Source: Octopus sinensis
Lineage: Eukaryota
Assembly (NCBI RefSeq): GCF_006345805.1
Contig: NC_043001.1
Coordinates: forward strand, 48,794,001 to 48,858,000
Length of the DNA stretch: 64,000 nucleotides
Direction: 5' to 3'
How positions within the stretch are numbered: position 1 is the stretch's first letter; each line of letters starts with the position of its first letter. The notes under the pieces were generated by a model, which searched no databases, was not told the origin of the DNA, and saw only the letters and a list, made by a program, of their open reading frames with translations. Positions 50,840 to 63,394 of this stretch are shown piece after piece. The position numbers and the translations under genes are program-made.

Positions 50840-51210
50840 TCTATAATAATAATGATGGATTCTGGTTTAGGTATACAGCCAACAATATTTAGGATTCAGA
50901 GTTGGTGTATATAATCGACCTTGGTTTTTCATTTTCTTGACGTCGAAAGGAAGACCGCAAAAGTTGATTTCGGCGGAATTTGAACAACAGAGCGCAAAGA
51001 GCCAGAAGAAACAGTCAAAACAAACATCGCAAAAGCATTTCTTCCTAGTCTTGGCAGAAGGCCAGAATTTTATGGGGAAGGGTTAGTCAATTATATCGTC
51101 TTAATAATCGTAATTAATTGTCTTAAGTCTAAATCCGTCGACTTCCACCTGTTGGAGCCAATGAAAGAGTCTTCAGGGACAACGATTTGATAACGAGGAG
51201 AAAGTAGTTG

Positions 51211-51277
<67 letters not shown>

Positions 51278-51279
<2 letters not shown>

Positions 51280-51818
51280 GTACCAGGCAGTGGCTCTCAT
51301 GGCTTCTGATCTTAACTGATTGGAAGTGTTATCATGTACATTGTTTTGTCTTGGTATAAAAGATGGGCTACAGCAAATATTCTGCTCAATACCACAGATT
51401 TGCTTGTCAGTTGTTTGACCTTAACAGTTGAGCATGTCTCTTAGTGGCTGACGATATGTGCATCTCGATCACGAGCAGAAGTAGTGGGGGAGCATCATAG
51501 CCATGTGTTGGGGGGGGGATTCTTGGGGTTGAATAATTCACCTCTGGAAACATGGGTGGTTCTTTCAACATCCTTAAACAACCTTATTCAGAGACCTTTT
51601 GAGCGGGATGGGCTACTCAACCTGAAGAAAATTCTAACTGGGCCCCACTGCAAGGTCATGTGCTGTTTATCTTGATATGAGATCACCATGTCGCGCACAT
51701 ATGGTTGTGATGCATGTGCCTGGTGTACCTTTATCAGACGGGTAAGTCATGATGGGTATATTGGGCTTCGTATATTTTACCCCAGTGTCACTTAATGGCA
51801 TGCACTGCTCTCTCACTC
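51278..51818 (+). mobile_element. Family M repeat
   Basis: Flanked by (AAT)n both sides; internally deleted stub follows at about 51873-51965. Confidence 0.9.
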
Positions 51819-51857
<39 letters not shown>

Positions 51858-52629
51858 TAATAATAATAATAAATGCCTGATGCAGTACCAGGCACGCGCT
51901 CTCGTGGCTTTTGATCTTGCTTTGGTATAAAAGATAGGCTACAGCAAATATTTTACTCAATATAACGGATTCTTAACTATTAATGGTGTCATTTCATATA
52001 CTGATTTCAAATCTAGCCGAGGTCGATTTCCTGGTCATCGATAATGTAATTTACCAGTCAAGTACTGTGATCGATTTAATCGATTTACACAGAAATGTGT
52101 AACCTTAAGACTATGTCAGAAATCACCATAGTTATTATAAAATTTCGACATTGATCGTGTCACAGATTCAAGTTTTAAGATTTAGCTAAGAGAAGTCTCT
52201 TCCATTCTCAGGGACTTTGGTGAAGGAGTCGAAAAATAGATAAAGTCAGTTTTCTGCAAGTCTGCTACAAATATTTTCTAATAATGTCGTGTGATCTTTA
52301 CAGTATCTATTTTGGGGGTTGTTTCTTGGTGAAATATCTTTCATCGATGTGTCTATCAACTTTGTTAGTTCTCTGGTCAATTTCAGGAACGTGGTATCGA
52401 GTTCAGTTCCACTGCGCGGTACCTTGGGTAAGTGTCTTCTACTGTATCTCAGAGCCGCCCAATATCTTATGAGTGAATTTGGTAGATAGAAATTGTATTG
52501 AAGCCCGTCCTATATATATAAGCAAATCAAAAGTAAAAAAAAAAGGAAAGAACAAAAGTCAAAAGGATGTATACAGTGGCTGTGTTAGATTGACACTCAT
52601 ACAAAATTTAAGTTGGAAAAAAAGAGTGG

Positions 52630-52664
52630 GTGTGACGTTTCGAGCATAGCTCATCGTCAGAAAG
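52630..52664 (-). ncRNA. Minimal hammerhead-ribozyme-like motif in a Penelope-type terminal segment (~52530-52800)
   Basis: Minus strand CTGACGA-T-GAGC-TAT-GCTC-GAAA-CGTC: canonical core and GUC triplet, but stem I poorly paired. Confidence 0.5.
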
Positions 52665-52849
52665 AGGAAAAGAGAAAGAAGTTCAGGGAGAAAGAAAATA
52701 ACAGTCCGAGAAAAGTACGTGCACCGTTACATGGGTGAAAAATAACTGGCCTGAAGTGGAGGGATACAAAGTGATTTTTAAAGGCAGGAGAATGCAAAAA
52801 TGGATAGTGTGTGTGTATGTATGTGTGGTAGTTACATATCTAGAAAAGT

Positions 52850-53045
52850 TCATATATATTTAAATGATAAACTTCTGGAAAGTTTTACAAATTTTACAGT
52901 TCCAGTGATGCATTGGATCTGTAGTCTTCGAATTAGCTTTCTCCTTTCTGGTTTTGAGAAGCCTAATTTCTCAAGATTGGTATTTAGGCAGTGTGTTACA
53001 TATCCCAGGGCCCCTATAATTACAGGTATAAATCTGTTTATAATT
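52850..53045 (-). mobile_element. RLE-type LINE extreme 3' coding fragment
   Basis: RFIPVIIGALGYVTHCL..LEKLGF..IQCITGTVK, the PIIIGALG RLE-terminal motif. Confidence 0.7.
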
Positions 53046-53059
53046 TTATAAAATCTCAC

Positions 53060-53750
53060 ATGTACCTCAAAGCGTAATATTCATGAACGTTACCCGAGCG
53101 CATCTATACGCATTAAATTGCGCTGGGGAGAATCGGTAATGTCCGGTTTTCTGTGCTCTGTACCGTCATATCTGCTTGAATTCAACGCACCATTTTGTTG
53201 TCAGCCAGCGCACTTAAACGAGGTATCTTAAACTGCATTAATTCGCTGCTCGTTTCTTTGTTTTAAATATTTTTCGCTTTACGAGTATTCGGCAGGTGAG
53301 TAATAATTAGAAGCGAATCACTTCACCAAGCTGAGAACTATCTTTTGTTATTTTGCCAACAGATTTGAACATTTTACCATTCCGATACAAACTATTCATT
53401 TCACTTCTACTTTGGGTAAACGTAAACTCAGATGACAGTCTAACAAGCGTTTTGGTTTTACAAGACTATCTGATCCTTGGAACTTTAAGGCGATTTCTTA
53501 CCATCGCGTGCATCGCAAGCAATCAGATTCGCTCACATTTTCCATGGAAGTAGTAACTTGCAAATATTCAGACCTAGTATCAGCTCCATCAGTCTCGCAA
53601 GACTCCTAGGCGTTTTCAAAGTTTGTGGGCGCTGCATCTCCTATTTATGATTCACTTCGAAGTAACATCTAAGCGGCCACTAAACAGCAGCCATATTTCA
53701 CTCACACTTCTCTTTACAAATCCAAAACCATGTCTGATAGTGGGGAGTTC
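53060..53750. promoter_or_regulatory. CpG-rich non-repetitive island, promoter-like
   Basis: About 17 CpGs in 53060-53300 by manual count; YY1-like AAATATGGCTGC on the minus strand near 53690; no TE similarity recognised. Confidence 0.4.
53502..53545 (-). CDS. Candidate first coding exon (44 nt, ends phase 2)
   Basis: TTCC-ATG-G start after an in-frame upstream TAG; MENVSESDCLRCTR+TG; strong donor G|GTAAGA. Confidence 0.35.
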
Positions 53751-53759
53751 CATAAGTTT

Positions 53760-53833
53760 ATTTGTGTGTGTGTGTGTGTGTGTGTGTATACTCATACATA
53801 TACATGTATGTACGCACACACACACATACACAC

Positions 53834-53899
<66 letters not shown>

Positions 53900-54166
53900 A
53901 TGTATATATGTATATAGATATATATATATATGCCTATATATATATATATATAATATATATACTCATACATTTATGTCTTTGGATGTGCATGGTATTATAT
54001 GTTGTCTATATGTATGTATGTATATATATATATATATATATATGCATATATATATATAATTATTATAATATATATCTTATATATATATAATATATGCACA
54101 TATATATATATATATATATATATTTATGTATATATGTATTATATGTATTATATGTATTATATTATG

Positions 54167-54198
<32 letters not shown>

Positions 54199-54254
54199 AT
54201 ATATTATATATATATATATATAATATATGCATATATATATATAATATTATATAT

Positions 54255-54295
<41 letters not shown>

Positions 54296-54364
54296 TATAA
54301 TATAATATATATATATATATATATACATGCACACGCGTACGCCTACACACACAAACTCTCTCTT

Positions 54365-54400
<36 letters not shown>
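53760..54400. repeat. Large compound (TG)/(TA)/(CA)/(TC) microsatellite; similar blocks at about 49790-50205, 57400-57790 (TATG)n, 42870-43110 and 43420-43550 (AAT)n, 44075-44280 (TA)/(TCTA)n
   Basis: Direct inspection. Confidence 0.95.
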
Positions 54401-55508
54401 TAAACATATTCTAATGATTTTTACGGTCGCCACTAACGACAAGATACCATACAATGACCGTTGCTTTATCGTCTTTATACGAGTAAATATTTACTTCCAT
54501 TTCTTGTCCTCAGTTTATGGCTTGACAGAATTGATAAATTGATGCAGCAGCTTCATTATAAAGATTGCATATACTGCCACTACAACTTCCTTGATCTGTC
54601 AAAAGGTCTGTCTGATCTTGCTAAAGTTTTCCTGACAATCAATTATTAACTGACTGTTACAGACAGCTGGATGGAAAAATCTTTTAACATTCAAAGTCTA
54701 TTGTTGAATTTTTGAAGATTTCGCCATGTGTTACCACATTCATAACAACACAATATCATTATATCAGATATTTAGGTGAAACATCAAAAGTTGTAACTAA
54801 CAGAAAATTATATTATGATTTTACAAAATCAATTTATTCAATATACACAGATTTGAGATTGTATGTATATCGTGTATTTCTTTTTAAATATTAGTCTGTG
54901 TGCTATAATACATGTTGTGTAGTATATACTTAATAGGTTGAACTGTTTGAACGCCACATGAGAAAATTTCCAAAGAGAAAAACCTAGTAAAATAAAAAAA
55001 AATCTGTTTAAAGTTCTGTCTATCGGTTTATTGAAGAAGATGCAAAGTGTCCTGTGTATATGAAATGACTATGATAACAATTTTTCTTCGCCATTATTGT
55101 TGTTACGTATATTTTCCACTATGACGTAAAATTAGTTGGTGATTTTATTTTATTTCGCTCTCGTTAATTTCTAACACTGGCACAAAGCCAGAAATTCGGG
55201 GAAATGGGGCAATCACATATCGACTCAATACTAAATTGGTACGTACTTTATTTCATCGACCTGTAAGGAGTTCACCACGGTGGGATTTGAACCAAGAGTA
55301 CAAACAGCTAGAACAAATGCTACAAGGCATTTTGTCCGATGCTCTAACAATTTTGCCGATTTATCTCCCTACGTTTTCTCTAATAAAAGTGAGAGATAGA
55401 ATGTGAGGTGAGAGAGAAAATAAATGAAACAGAGTATAAGAATGACAGGTGAAGCGAGGGATAAAGTGAGAGATTAGAAACTGAAAAGTTGAGAGGGAGA
55501 ACGAAATA

Positions 55509-55919
55509 GGGATCTTTTCGGTTTGAACGGCAGTTTTTTCTAGCGGTGTCATATGAAATTGTCACCCATAATTATGATCCTAGTATCGATCTATTGCATT
55601 TCAATCTGTTTTTGGGTAAGGGTGGGGGGGAGGGTATTTTTTTTCTTCACAAATTCAAATAAACCCAATCTGTTTCTTAAACGAGGGACATATTCATACG
55701 GCACAGAATGTTTTTTTACCTCAATGGACGTCAGTGATTGGTTGATATTGCAGGAAATGAAGAAAAACAACAACAAATATCTTACAAACTATAGAATTTT
55801 CTCAATAAAGCCAAGAGAAAATGATAATTTATAAACACATTCTACCAGTATACGAAGTTTAAAATTTTTAGTTACCTAGAAATTATATTAAAAACTGCCG
55901 TTCAAACCGAAAAGATCCC
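55509..55919. mobile_element. MITE, 411 bp, perfect 30-bp TIRs
   Basis: GGGATCTTTTCGGTTTGAACGGCAGTTTTT and its exact reverse complement; GAAATA on both flanks (55503-55508, 55920-55925). Confidence 0.9.
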
Positions 55920-56043
55920 GAAATAGATATAAACACTATAAGGAGTAGAAGAAATGTTAGAATTACGTAACAAAATGTGGTGCTACTAATTCTTTAGTTA
56001 TCTCAGTCTCCCTATTTTAAAACATTTTTTGAAATGTATGTTT

Positions 56044-56080
<37 letters not shown>

Positions 56081-56568
56081 ATGAATATTTTGTGTGTGCA
56101 TAAAGCAACGGCATGATCTATTCTCTCTGTTTCATTATCTAGATATAATACTGTGTAACAAAGTTCTTTTTCCTTTTTTTTGTGACTTGGATATCAATGT
56201 TTTGAAACTGACCTATTAACCATTACATTTCAGACAGATTCTGCGCTGAGTAGCTGAAGCAGAAATATCGTTACCACAAATGTTCTGCTGTTTGTCAGTT
56301 ACTTGACCTTAACCACTTCAGCATGTCCCCTAATGACTGACAATATGTGCACCTCTGATCATGAGCAAGAGTAGTGGGGAGTATCATAGCCATGTTTTGA
56401 GAGGGATTCTTTAGGGTTTTACAGAAATGTGACAAAAGTTAAAGTTTGAAGGAAATATTAGCCATTTTTCATACTTTCCAGGGGTAATCAAACAGGAAAT
56501 AACAGTAGCTACCCAAGGACAAAAATCCTGTTACATAGTGTAATTAAGTTTCTATTCATCAGACAATA

Positions 56569-57079
56569 TCTATATATATAAAACTGTAGTTGTGTGAGTG
56601 TCTGTCCCCTTCGATTTAGATTCCTAACTACTCCCACATTTTGCGGTGCAGTTTAACCAAAACCGGGTATCTTATAGTCGTGATTCATATCGAGCCCGTC
56701 TGAGTATTAGCGCGCGTCTACGATGAGTCTACGATTTTAAAAATAATTTAACATAATTTTTTATTCCATTTTAATGCATAATTTTTCGTGTGTCGATGGC
56801 GGCGGAGTTGGCGTCCATGGTCACACCTGCACCTGTTTGCTTCTCCCCCTTCTTCCCTCCCTCGTGAAGCTGTGGGGAAGGGAGTGTAAGGAAATCAACG
56901 TCGTAAAGCGTTGTCAAGGAGACCAGCGTTCTTTTAGAACGACATCATGGCTTGAAGACACCAAAACAGAAATGGCTAAGAAAGCCCGAATTGGCATCTA
57001 TAAGGGAAGTAACTTTCTAAAAATGCTTATATAGTTATTTCCCTTACAAACCCGAGCAACAGCCGGGCGATACTGCTAG
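56569..57079 (+). mobile_element. Non-autonomous Helitron (long)
   Basis: A|TCTATATATATAAAACTG...hairpin...CTAG|T; shares 5' ~165 bp and 3' ~80 bp with 50534-50839. Confidence 0.88.
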
Positions 57080-57649
57080 TATATACTAAAGTCGTGTGTT
57101 TTGTACGTCTTTATGCCAGTAAGTATGTATGTGTGTGTATATGTTTCTTTGTATGTAAGTTTGTATGTATGTTTATAAAGGCTAAACGGGAGATGGTGAA
57201 TAGCAAAAGATGGAATGACGTTACAAGCACTAACCGCTATATGAACGTAACAATGATGTCAGTCTCTTTGCTTTTCATGAAATGATTCTGGGCTAAAGTT
57301 GTGCATATGTATGGATATATCTATGCATGTAACTCTCCCCCCATCTCTCTCTCTCTCCCTATATATATGTATATATATATATATATATGTATGAACGTAC
57401 GTGCATATGTACATACGTATGTATATATATGCATGCATGTATGTAAGTATGTATGTATGTATGTATGTATGTATGTATGTATGTATGTATGTATGTATGT
57501 ATGTATGTATGTATGTATGTATGTATGTATGTATATATGTATGTATGTATGTATGTATGTGTGTATGCATGTATGTATATATGTATGTATATATGTATGT
57601 ATGTATATATGTATGTATGTGTGTATGTATGTATGTATGTATTTATTTA

Positions 57650-57682
<33 letters not shown>

Positions 57683-60136
57683 ATGTGTGTATGTATATGT
57701 GTATATATGTATGTGTGTGTGTGTGTATGTATGTATGTATGATGTATGTATGTATGTATGTGTGTATGAATGTGTGTATGTATGATTTATGACATCTCTA
57801 TTTTGTGTTGCATATTATGGCTGGCCATAACCGTAGAAAGCAAAAACTCAATGAAACATTCCATGCTGAAATGAAGGCTTGTCGGCGTGGGTGGCTACTC
57901 TCTGAACACCTACTGCAAGAGGCGCCCATCGTTTTCTCATGTGTGCGAAAGAGTGTCGATTCCTAACAGGACTGAAAAACCACATCAGTGCTACTGAGAA
58001 CAACTCAATATCGAGTTGCAACAATCATGTATGTTTGTGTAAAAGCAAATTAATCGATCTTAACAAATTCATTTCATTTACAGGTTGAGACCTTGAAGAC
58101 AAAAGTATCTCCGTCTTTGTGTTAGTGTCCAGAATACAACAAGGAACATCAAAAGTTAAATATCGAACAAAAAATAAATATCTTTCAGATATCTGAAAAT
58201 ATGACGCAAATGCAAAATCTAAAATAAAAGAAGTTTGTCGCCAATTTTGACGGCATTTTCCTTGATAAAGAAAAACAGCAGATTATGTAATGAAAAGCAT
58301 AGTAAAGATGCAAAGAAAGAGAGGAAAGTTAATACACAAAAAGAATATATCAAATATATTGACATTATTTTCACCCATGGAATGAAGAAGGTGTGAAGAT
58401 CTTGGAGAAGTGAATGAACGACGTGCAGCAAATATAGAATAATTGATACGTTAGTGTTAGTCAGACTACAGGTGAAACAGCAGCAAGATGATCTCATGAT
58501 GTTCAAAGTCATCATTTCAGACGATCTCAAGAGACACTTGATGAAGATCAGATATAAATACAGCGAAATAGAAAGAAACGCATAAGAAGATCAGAGACAG
58601 CTGTTAATTAGGAACAAGAGATAATTAGAGCACGTACAAAATATAGAGCAGCAAAGAGTGTAAATTAAAACTGAAGAACAAAGATATCGAAGAACAGAAG
58701 TGAGGCAAAAAATGGCAGTAAGAGTCGTTAATGAGAGTCAAGAGCAAAGAAATGAATGGAGGACTGAAGGCAAAGAGTTGTTATAAAATTAGTAAAAGGA
58801 AACTGAAGAACAAAGAGAAAGAAGAATAATTGATTTAAGACAGATAGCTGTAATAAGATTAAAAAGATGGAACTCAAGAAAAAGCGCATTGAGATATAAT
58901 AAATGAATATGTGCCACAGAGAAAATATAAAATAAAGAAAAAGATGATAGAAATATCATGAGATATTGTAATGTTGAGAACGATATTATAGGATACAAGA
59001 CATAAACAATTAATCATTTTTTAAAAAATATTAAGTACCATTACTGCTGAAAATTTAACGCAATATCTTATTTTTGTGGAGCAGAATACTTTGTTTCCGA
59101 GAAATCCAACGATAGCTTATTTAATAGCTGCTGCCATAAAGTCCAGCTTTTTAATGATGATATTTGAAATGCTTAAATGATATTATGATCCATCTAGGTC
59201 ATAGTGGTATTTCTAATTTTAAGAGCAATATTAGACCATACAACTCATCATATTCATTTGCGTCAATGGGGCCCGAATAACCGAACTGCACCATGTGCGA
59301 CGTTCCTTTTTGTAGCAGTATGTCTTGAGGAAGTTATCTTTGCATATTGAATATGTTCCGACTAGCGAGAGAGATGAAAGATAATTTCTCAACTGTATGT
59401 TGTCGATTCAACACTGACTAATAAAATTAGATTTAATCACCAAGCTGAAATAAGATATAGCCTTGGAGGTATAGCAACTTTAAATAGAATTATTAAGGAA
59501 AATAATGCTACTAGCAGAAGATGAGATAGAACACATATAACAGGTAAATAGACGAGCTCCAACAAAAAGCATAGAATTGATAAGAAATCGTTCGGTGGAT
59601 AGAAGATACTATAATTTTCTAACAATGGGCGGTGGTAATGTATTCAAAAATGCAGCCAACAGAGGCTTCTTGGTTTATCTCACTGAGGTCAATTTTAACT
59701 TTCATTCTTTCGGGGATAACAAATAAGATAAAATACAATTAACTACTAGGGTTGATTTGGTTGATTAAACTCCCTCAATTTTCAAGCCTTGTGCATATAT
59801 TAGAAACAATATTATTAAAATCTCGTGTCTTTGATATATATTTTTTATTGTGTGGGGGGTGGGGAGAGAAGGAGGAGGATTAAGGAGAGTCTGAAAGAAG
59901 AATAACAAAGCGTTTGATTCCACACAAACGTAGCACCGCCATCATCCCTATCACTCTATTTATGTCATTCTTTTTTAGTGCATTCTCTGTCTCTCTTCTA
60001 CTATTCCAGAGAGAGAGGCGGGGAGAAAAATGAAAATAAAAGGATCAAAGGAGCTGAAAGAGGAAGAGTTTGTCGTTACACAAGTGAACTGCCATCATTA
60101 TCATCATTGCTAACCTTCTTTTTAACTACCTATATC

Positions 60137-60202
<66 letters not shown>

Positions 60203-60558
60203 TCATGCATAGCTTTCATTCTATATCTCTTTGTCTTCCACTTTTCCAGAAAGGGACAGAAAGAAAAGTTGTTACTACTGCTGTATTTCATCTTTGGTTT
60301 TCTTCGTAGTCTGTAGAGTGTGGAATGAAAGGGCTTTCGTTTCTATTTCGTGAAATAATGTCGCGCAAAACTTTCCCGTGAGACGGTAAATAGTAATATA
60401 TATGTAGTTTTGTATGTTTGCATTGTAACTTCTAAATACAAGGCAGACAAGCACATACTCATGCAACTATCTCCATTTCTCTTTCTCTCTCTCACGCACA
60501 CACATATACATATATATATATACATGCATACATACATGCGCGCGCGTACGCACGCACG

Positions 60559-60636
<78 letters not shown>

Positions 60637-61155
60637 CACACACATGATTGATCGTTGACCATAGATGCAAAGTCAAAAGCATGTTTTCGAGTATGATGGA
60701 TTATGTAGTTCATAAATGATCGTTTTATGTCAACTCTCCACAAGAAACTTAGGGTGTTGCTGGAAAGCAAAACGCCTAATAAACCATGTGCTGTAATTCG
60801 TCTTCCATTACATCTTGAACATTAGTAACCAGTTTACTTTCAAGAAGGTGCTGAAAGATTCGAATTTCGAGATGTCCATAACTGAAACACTCTTCTCGGG
60901 CCAAACTTTAGACTAAACAAGTCTGATGAAACTGCCGGACGGTAACCATATTTCGATATTTGTTAATATTATGTCTAGGACAAAAGAACATTTTGAAAAC
61001 TGAGAGTCTGTGGAGGAGATAAAATATCTCAAGAATCAAAGATTTTACTCGAAATTATTAATATTATTATTGCAAGTGAAAGAAGCCTCAAACTTGGAAA
61101 ATAACCTTGTTGTTTCCAATACTTATAAAATGGCGAATGAAAGTAGAAATAATAA

Positions 61156-61497
61156 TAACAAGAGCACTCAGAGAGCGCAAACCTCCGCCAAGGCAACACC
61201 AACGTCCTCTCAACAATTAGCCAGAGATGATTTTTAAAATGAGAATATCTGAAACAAAATCGACTGCTCTCACAAACGAGAATACTAAAAATGAACCCGA
61301 CTGCTCTCAAAAATTAAGTAAAACAAAAAACAGGAAAAATCATCCAGAATCCTTGTCCGGTACCGAGGCCAGTCACGAGGCCAAACATCCCTGAAAGTTT
61401 CATTCGAATCCATCCAGTGGTTCTTGAGATATCTTGTCCACGGACAAACAAACACGATTGAAAACAATACCTCCGCCTTAGCAAAGGCGGGGGTAAT
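61156..61497 (+). mobile_element. Helentron/DINE-1-type (HINE-like) non-autonomous element
   Basis: 5' AACAAGAGCACTC..ACCTCCGCC subterminal motif; 3' hairpin ACCTCCGCCTT-AGCA-AAGGCGGGGGT; no TSD; sits in TAA context. Confidence 0.6.
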
Positions 61498-61879
61498 AAT
61501 TATTACGAATGGTTGGATGTATATCAAAAGCAGTAGGTATCAGAATGCCTTCTCAACTGAGAGAATTATTTGCGCTTATATGCACCCTAAGTAGACCGGT
61601 TGAACCTCTGTTACTATTTTAGTACTTAGATCAATATTCCAGGTTTCATAGCAAGTAGACAGAACAAATGACGGTCACAACAGTACATTATATTCAACAA
61701 ACGCTCATTAATCACGGTCTACGTTGCCTCGAATTACAATTACCTGAACATGCACTAATTTTTGACGATGACATCAATAAAGCTCATTTGAAAAATGCTG
61801 TTCATGTAAACTTTAAAATACAATGTATGACAGTATCGTAGAAATATTTTATCTAAATGTTACAGAACTTCTTTGGTAG

Positions 61880-62130
61880 TTTTTGAGGTTCTCTCATTCG
61901 ATGCAGCAGCTGCAGGCTGGAAGAGGCCTCGTAGCAGGCCTCACACCAGGTGGTTGGACTTGATTGAGGTAGATCTCAGGAGGCTCGACGTCATCTTGGA
62001 GGATGCAGAAGGGATGGCAGGGACCGCCAGTCATGTGGAGCACTGGTGGATCTGGTCGGCTCTATGCATTATGATGTCTTTGGGATCATTAACCTGGGAT
62101 GACCCCAGCCCCTTCAAGCGAGAGCATGAA
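61880..62130 (+). mobile_element. RTE-like LINE C-terminal fragment
   Basis: AAGWKRPRSRPHTRWLDLIEVDLRRLDV. Confidence 0.7.
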
Positions 62131-63394
62131 GCAAGAAAGCGAGGTAAAACATATCTGTACTATACATTTGTAAGATAGTACGAGGCAAGAACAACCCATT
62201 TGCAACATCTGGCATTGATGCCGATTTGCTGAAGGATATCAGAGCTTGGTTTTCGCGTACTTATCATAGAAACATAGTTACCATTCGTGGAAATTCTCTC
62301 GTAAGATTCTCAAAGAATATAAAATGCTTCTCTGATGATAATTGATTAAACGTCAATGTTCTCTGTGAAAGTAAACGAACAAAAGATATTCTATTGAAAG
62401 CGAAAATGAGAAACAAAAAGAAAATCTTTTCAGATGGAAGTTTGTTTTTTTTCTCCTGGGCATAGATATTTGTCAAACAGCATACGTAGTACCAAAGCTT
62501 TCAACATGGTTATAATAGAGAACTGCATCAAACAGTTGTGGCGATATGTGAAAAATTTCAGACTCTCGACCAATGAAACAACAAATGAAGTTGACACACT
62601 CACGATGCATGCCTATACCAGCATCATACCTCGGAAAGTACTGCAGTACGTTTCGGGAGCCAATAATGAGCATGGTGTTTTCCTTATAATGAGTTATAAT
62701 AGAACATGTCTGTTAATAAACAACACCTGTACATGGATAAAATCTAAGGTATCCACAATAAAAAGATTCCTTATTTGGGCATTTATAAGTCACCGAAAAA
62801 GAAGCAAATACTCAGATCACAGGTATTGAAATGGTTACCTTTTGTCTTCTGCTTGTTTCAGTCAGTGGACTGTGAGTAACCTGAGGAGCCGTTGTGAAGG
62901 GTCTAGTCGATCACAAATCAACGCCAGTATGTATTTTAAAGTCTGGTGCCTATTCTATCGGTCTCTTTTGCCGAACTGCAAGATTACAGGAACGTAAACA
63001 AACCAACAGCAGTTGTCAAGTGGCAGGGGAAAACACAAAACACAATGACGCACACGCATACATAGCTTTGTGTGTGTGTGTGTGTAAGTATGTGTGTATG
63101 TACCAGATTCATTCACAAAGCACTGGTCGGTCTGGAGCTATAGGAAAAGATACTTGCTCAAGGTGTCTTGCAATGGGACTGAATCTAAAGCTACGTGATT
63201 GAGAAGCAAGATTCTTAACCACGCAACCACGCTTGCAGATCATAATGTTTATATTAGCTTGACTTGGCGGGTTCTAATTCAGAATAACCGCCTTCTCAAT
63301 GTCGCTCTCGGCTGTCTAACAGCGCTCTTCTTCACCATCTCGATTATCTTAATGTTCATCTTCTATCACTGCTATTAATATGTGATAGATGATA

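Larger units (their letters stand above)
58150..62830 (+). mobile_element. Decayed autonomous Helitron RepHel gene, fragmented by insertions
   Basis: ETEEQRERR repeats, SNIRPYNSSYSFASMG, QLYVVDS (58.2-59.5 kb); AVIRLPLHL..VYFQEG, RFY..LLLQVKEA, MPSQLRELFALIC (60.7-61.9 kb); GKTYLY, ATSGIDADLL, LLGIDICQTAYVVPK, CIKQLWRYVK (62.1-62.6 kb). Confidence 0.85.

Noticed and set aside
52392-52510. 5'-less SINE-B fragment as the missing distal half of the SINE interrupted at 45311
   Set aside because: It is much more diverged than the head stub, 4.3 kb from the LINE break, and has no TSD or LINE tail adjacent.
53296-53362. Plus-strand 67-nt GTGAGT..AG mini-intron and downstream ACCATG (MSDSGEF, 53730)
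   Set aside because: The ORF runs directly into (TG)n without a good donor. A divergent or non-coding plus-strand transcript is not excluded but is unsupported.
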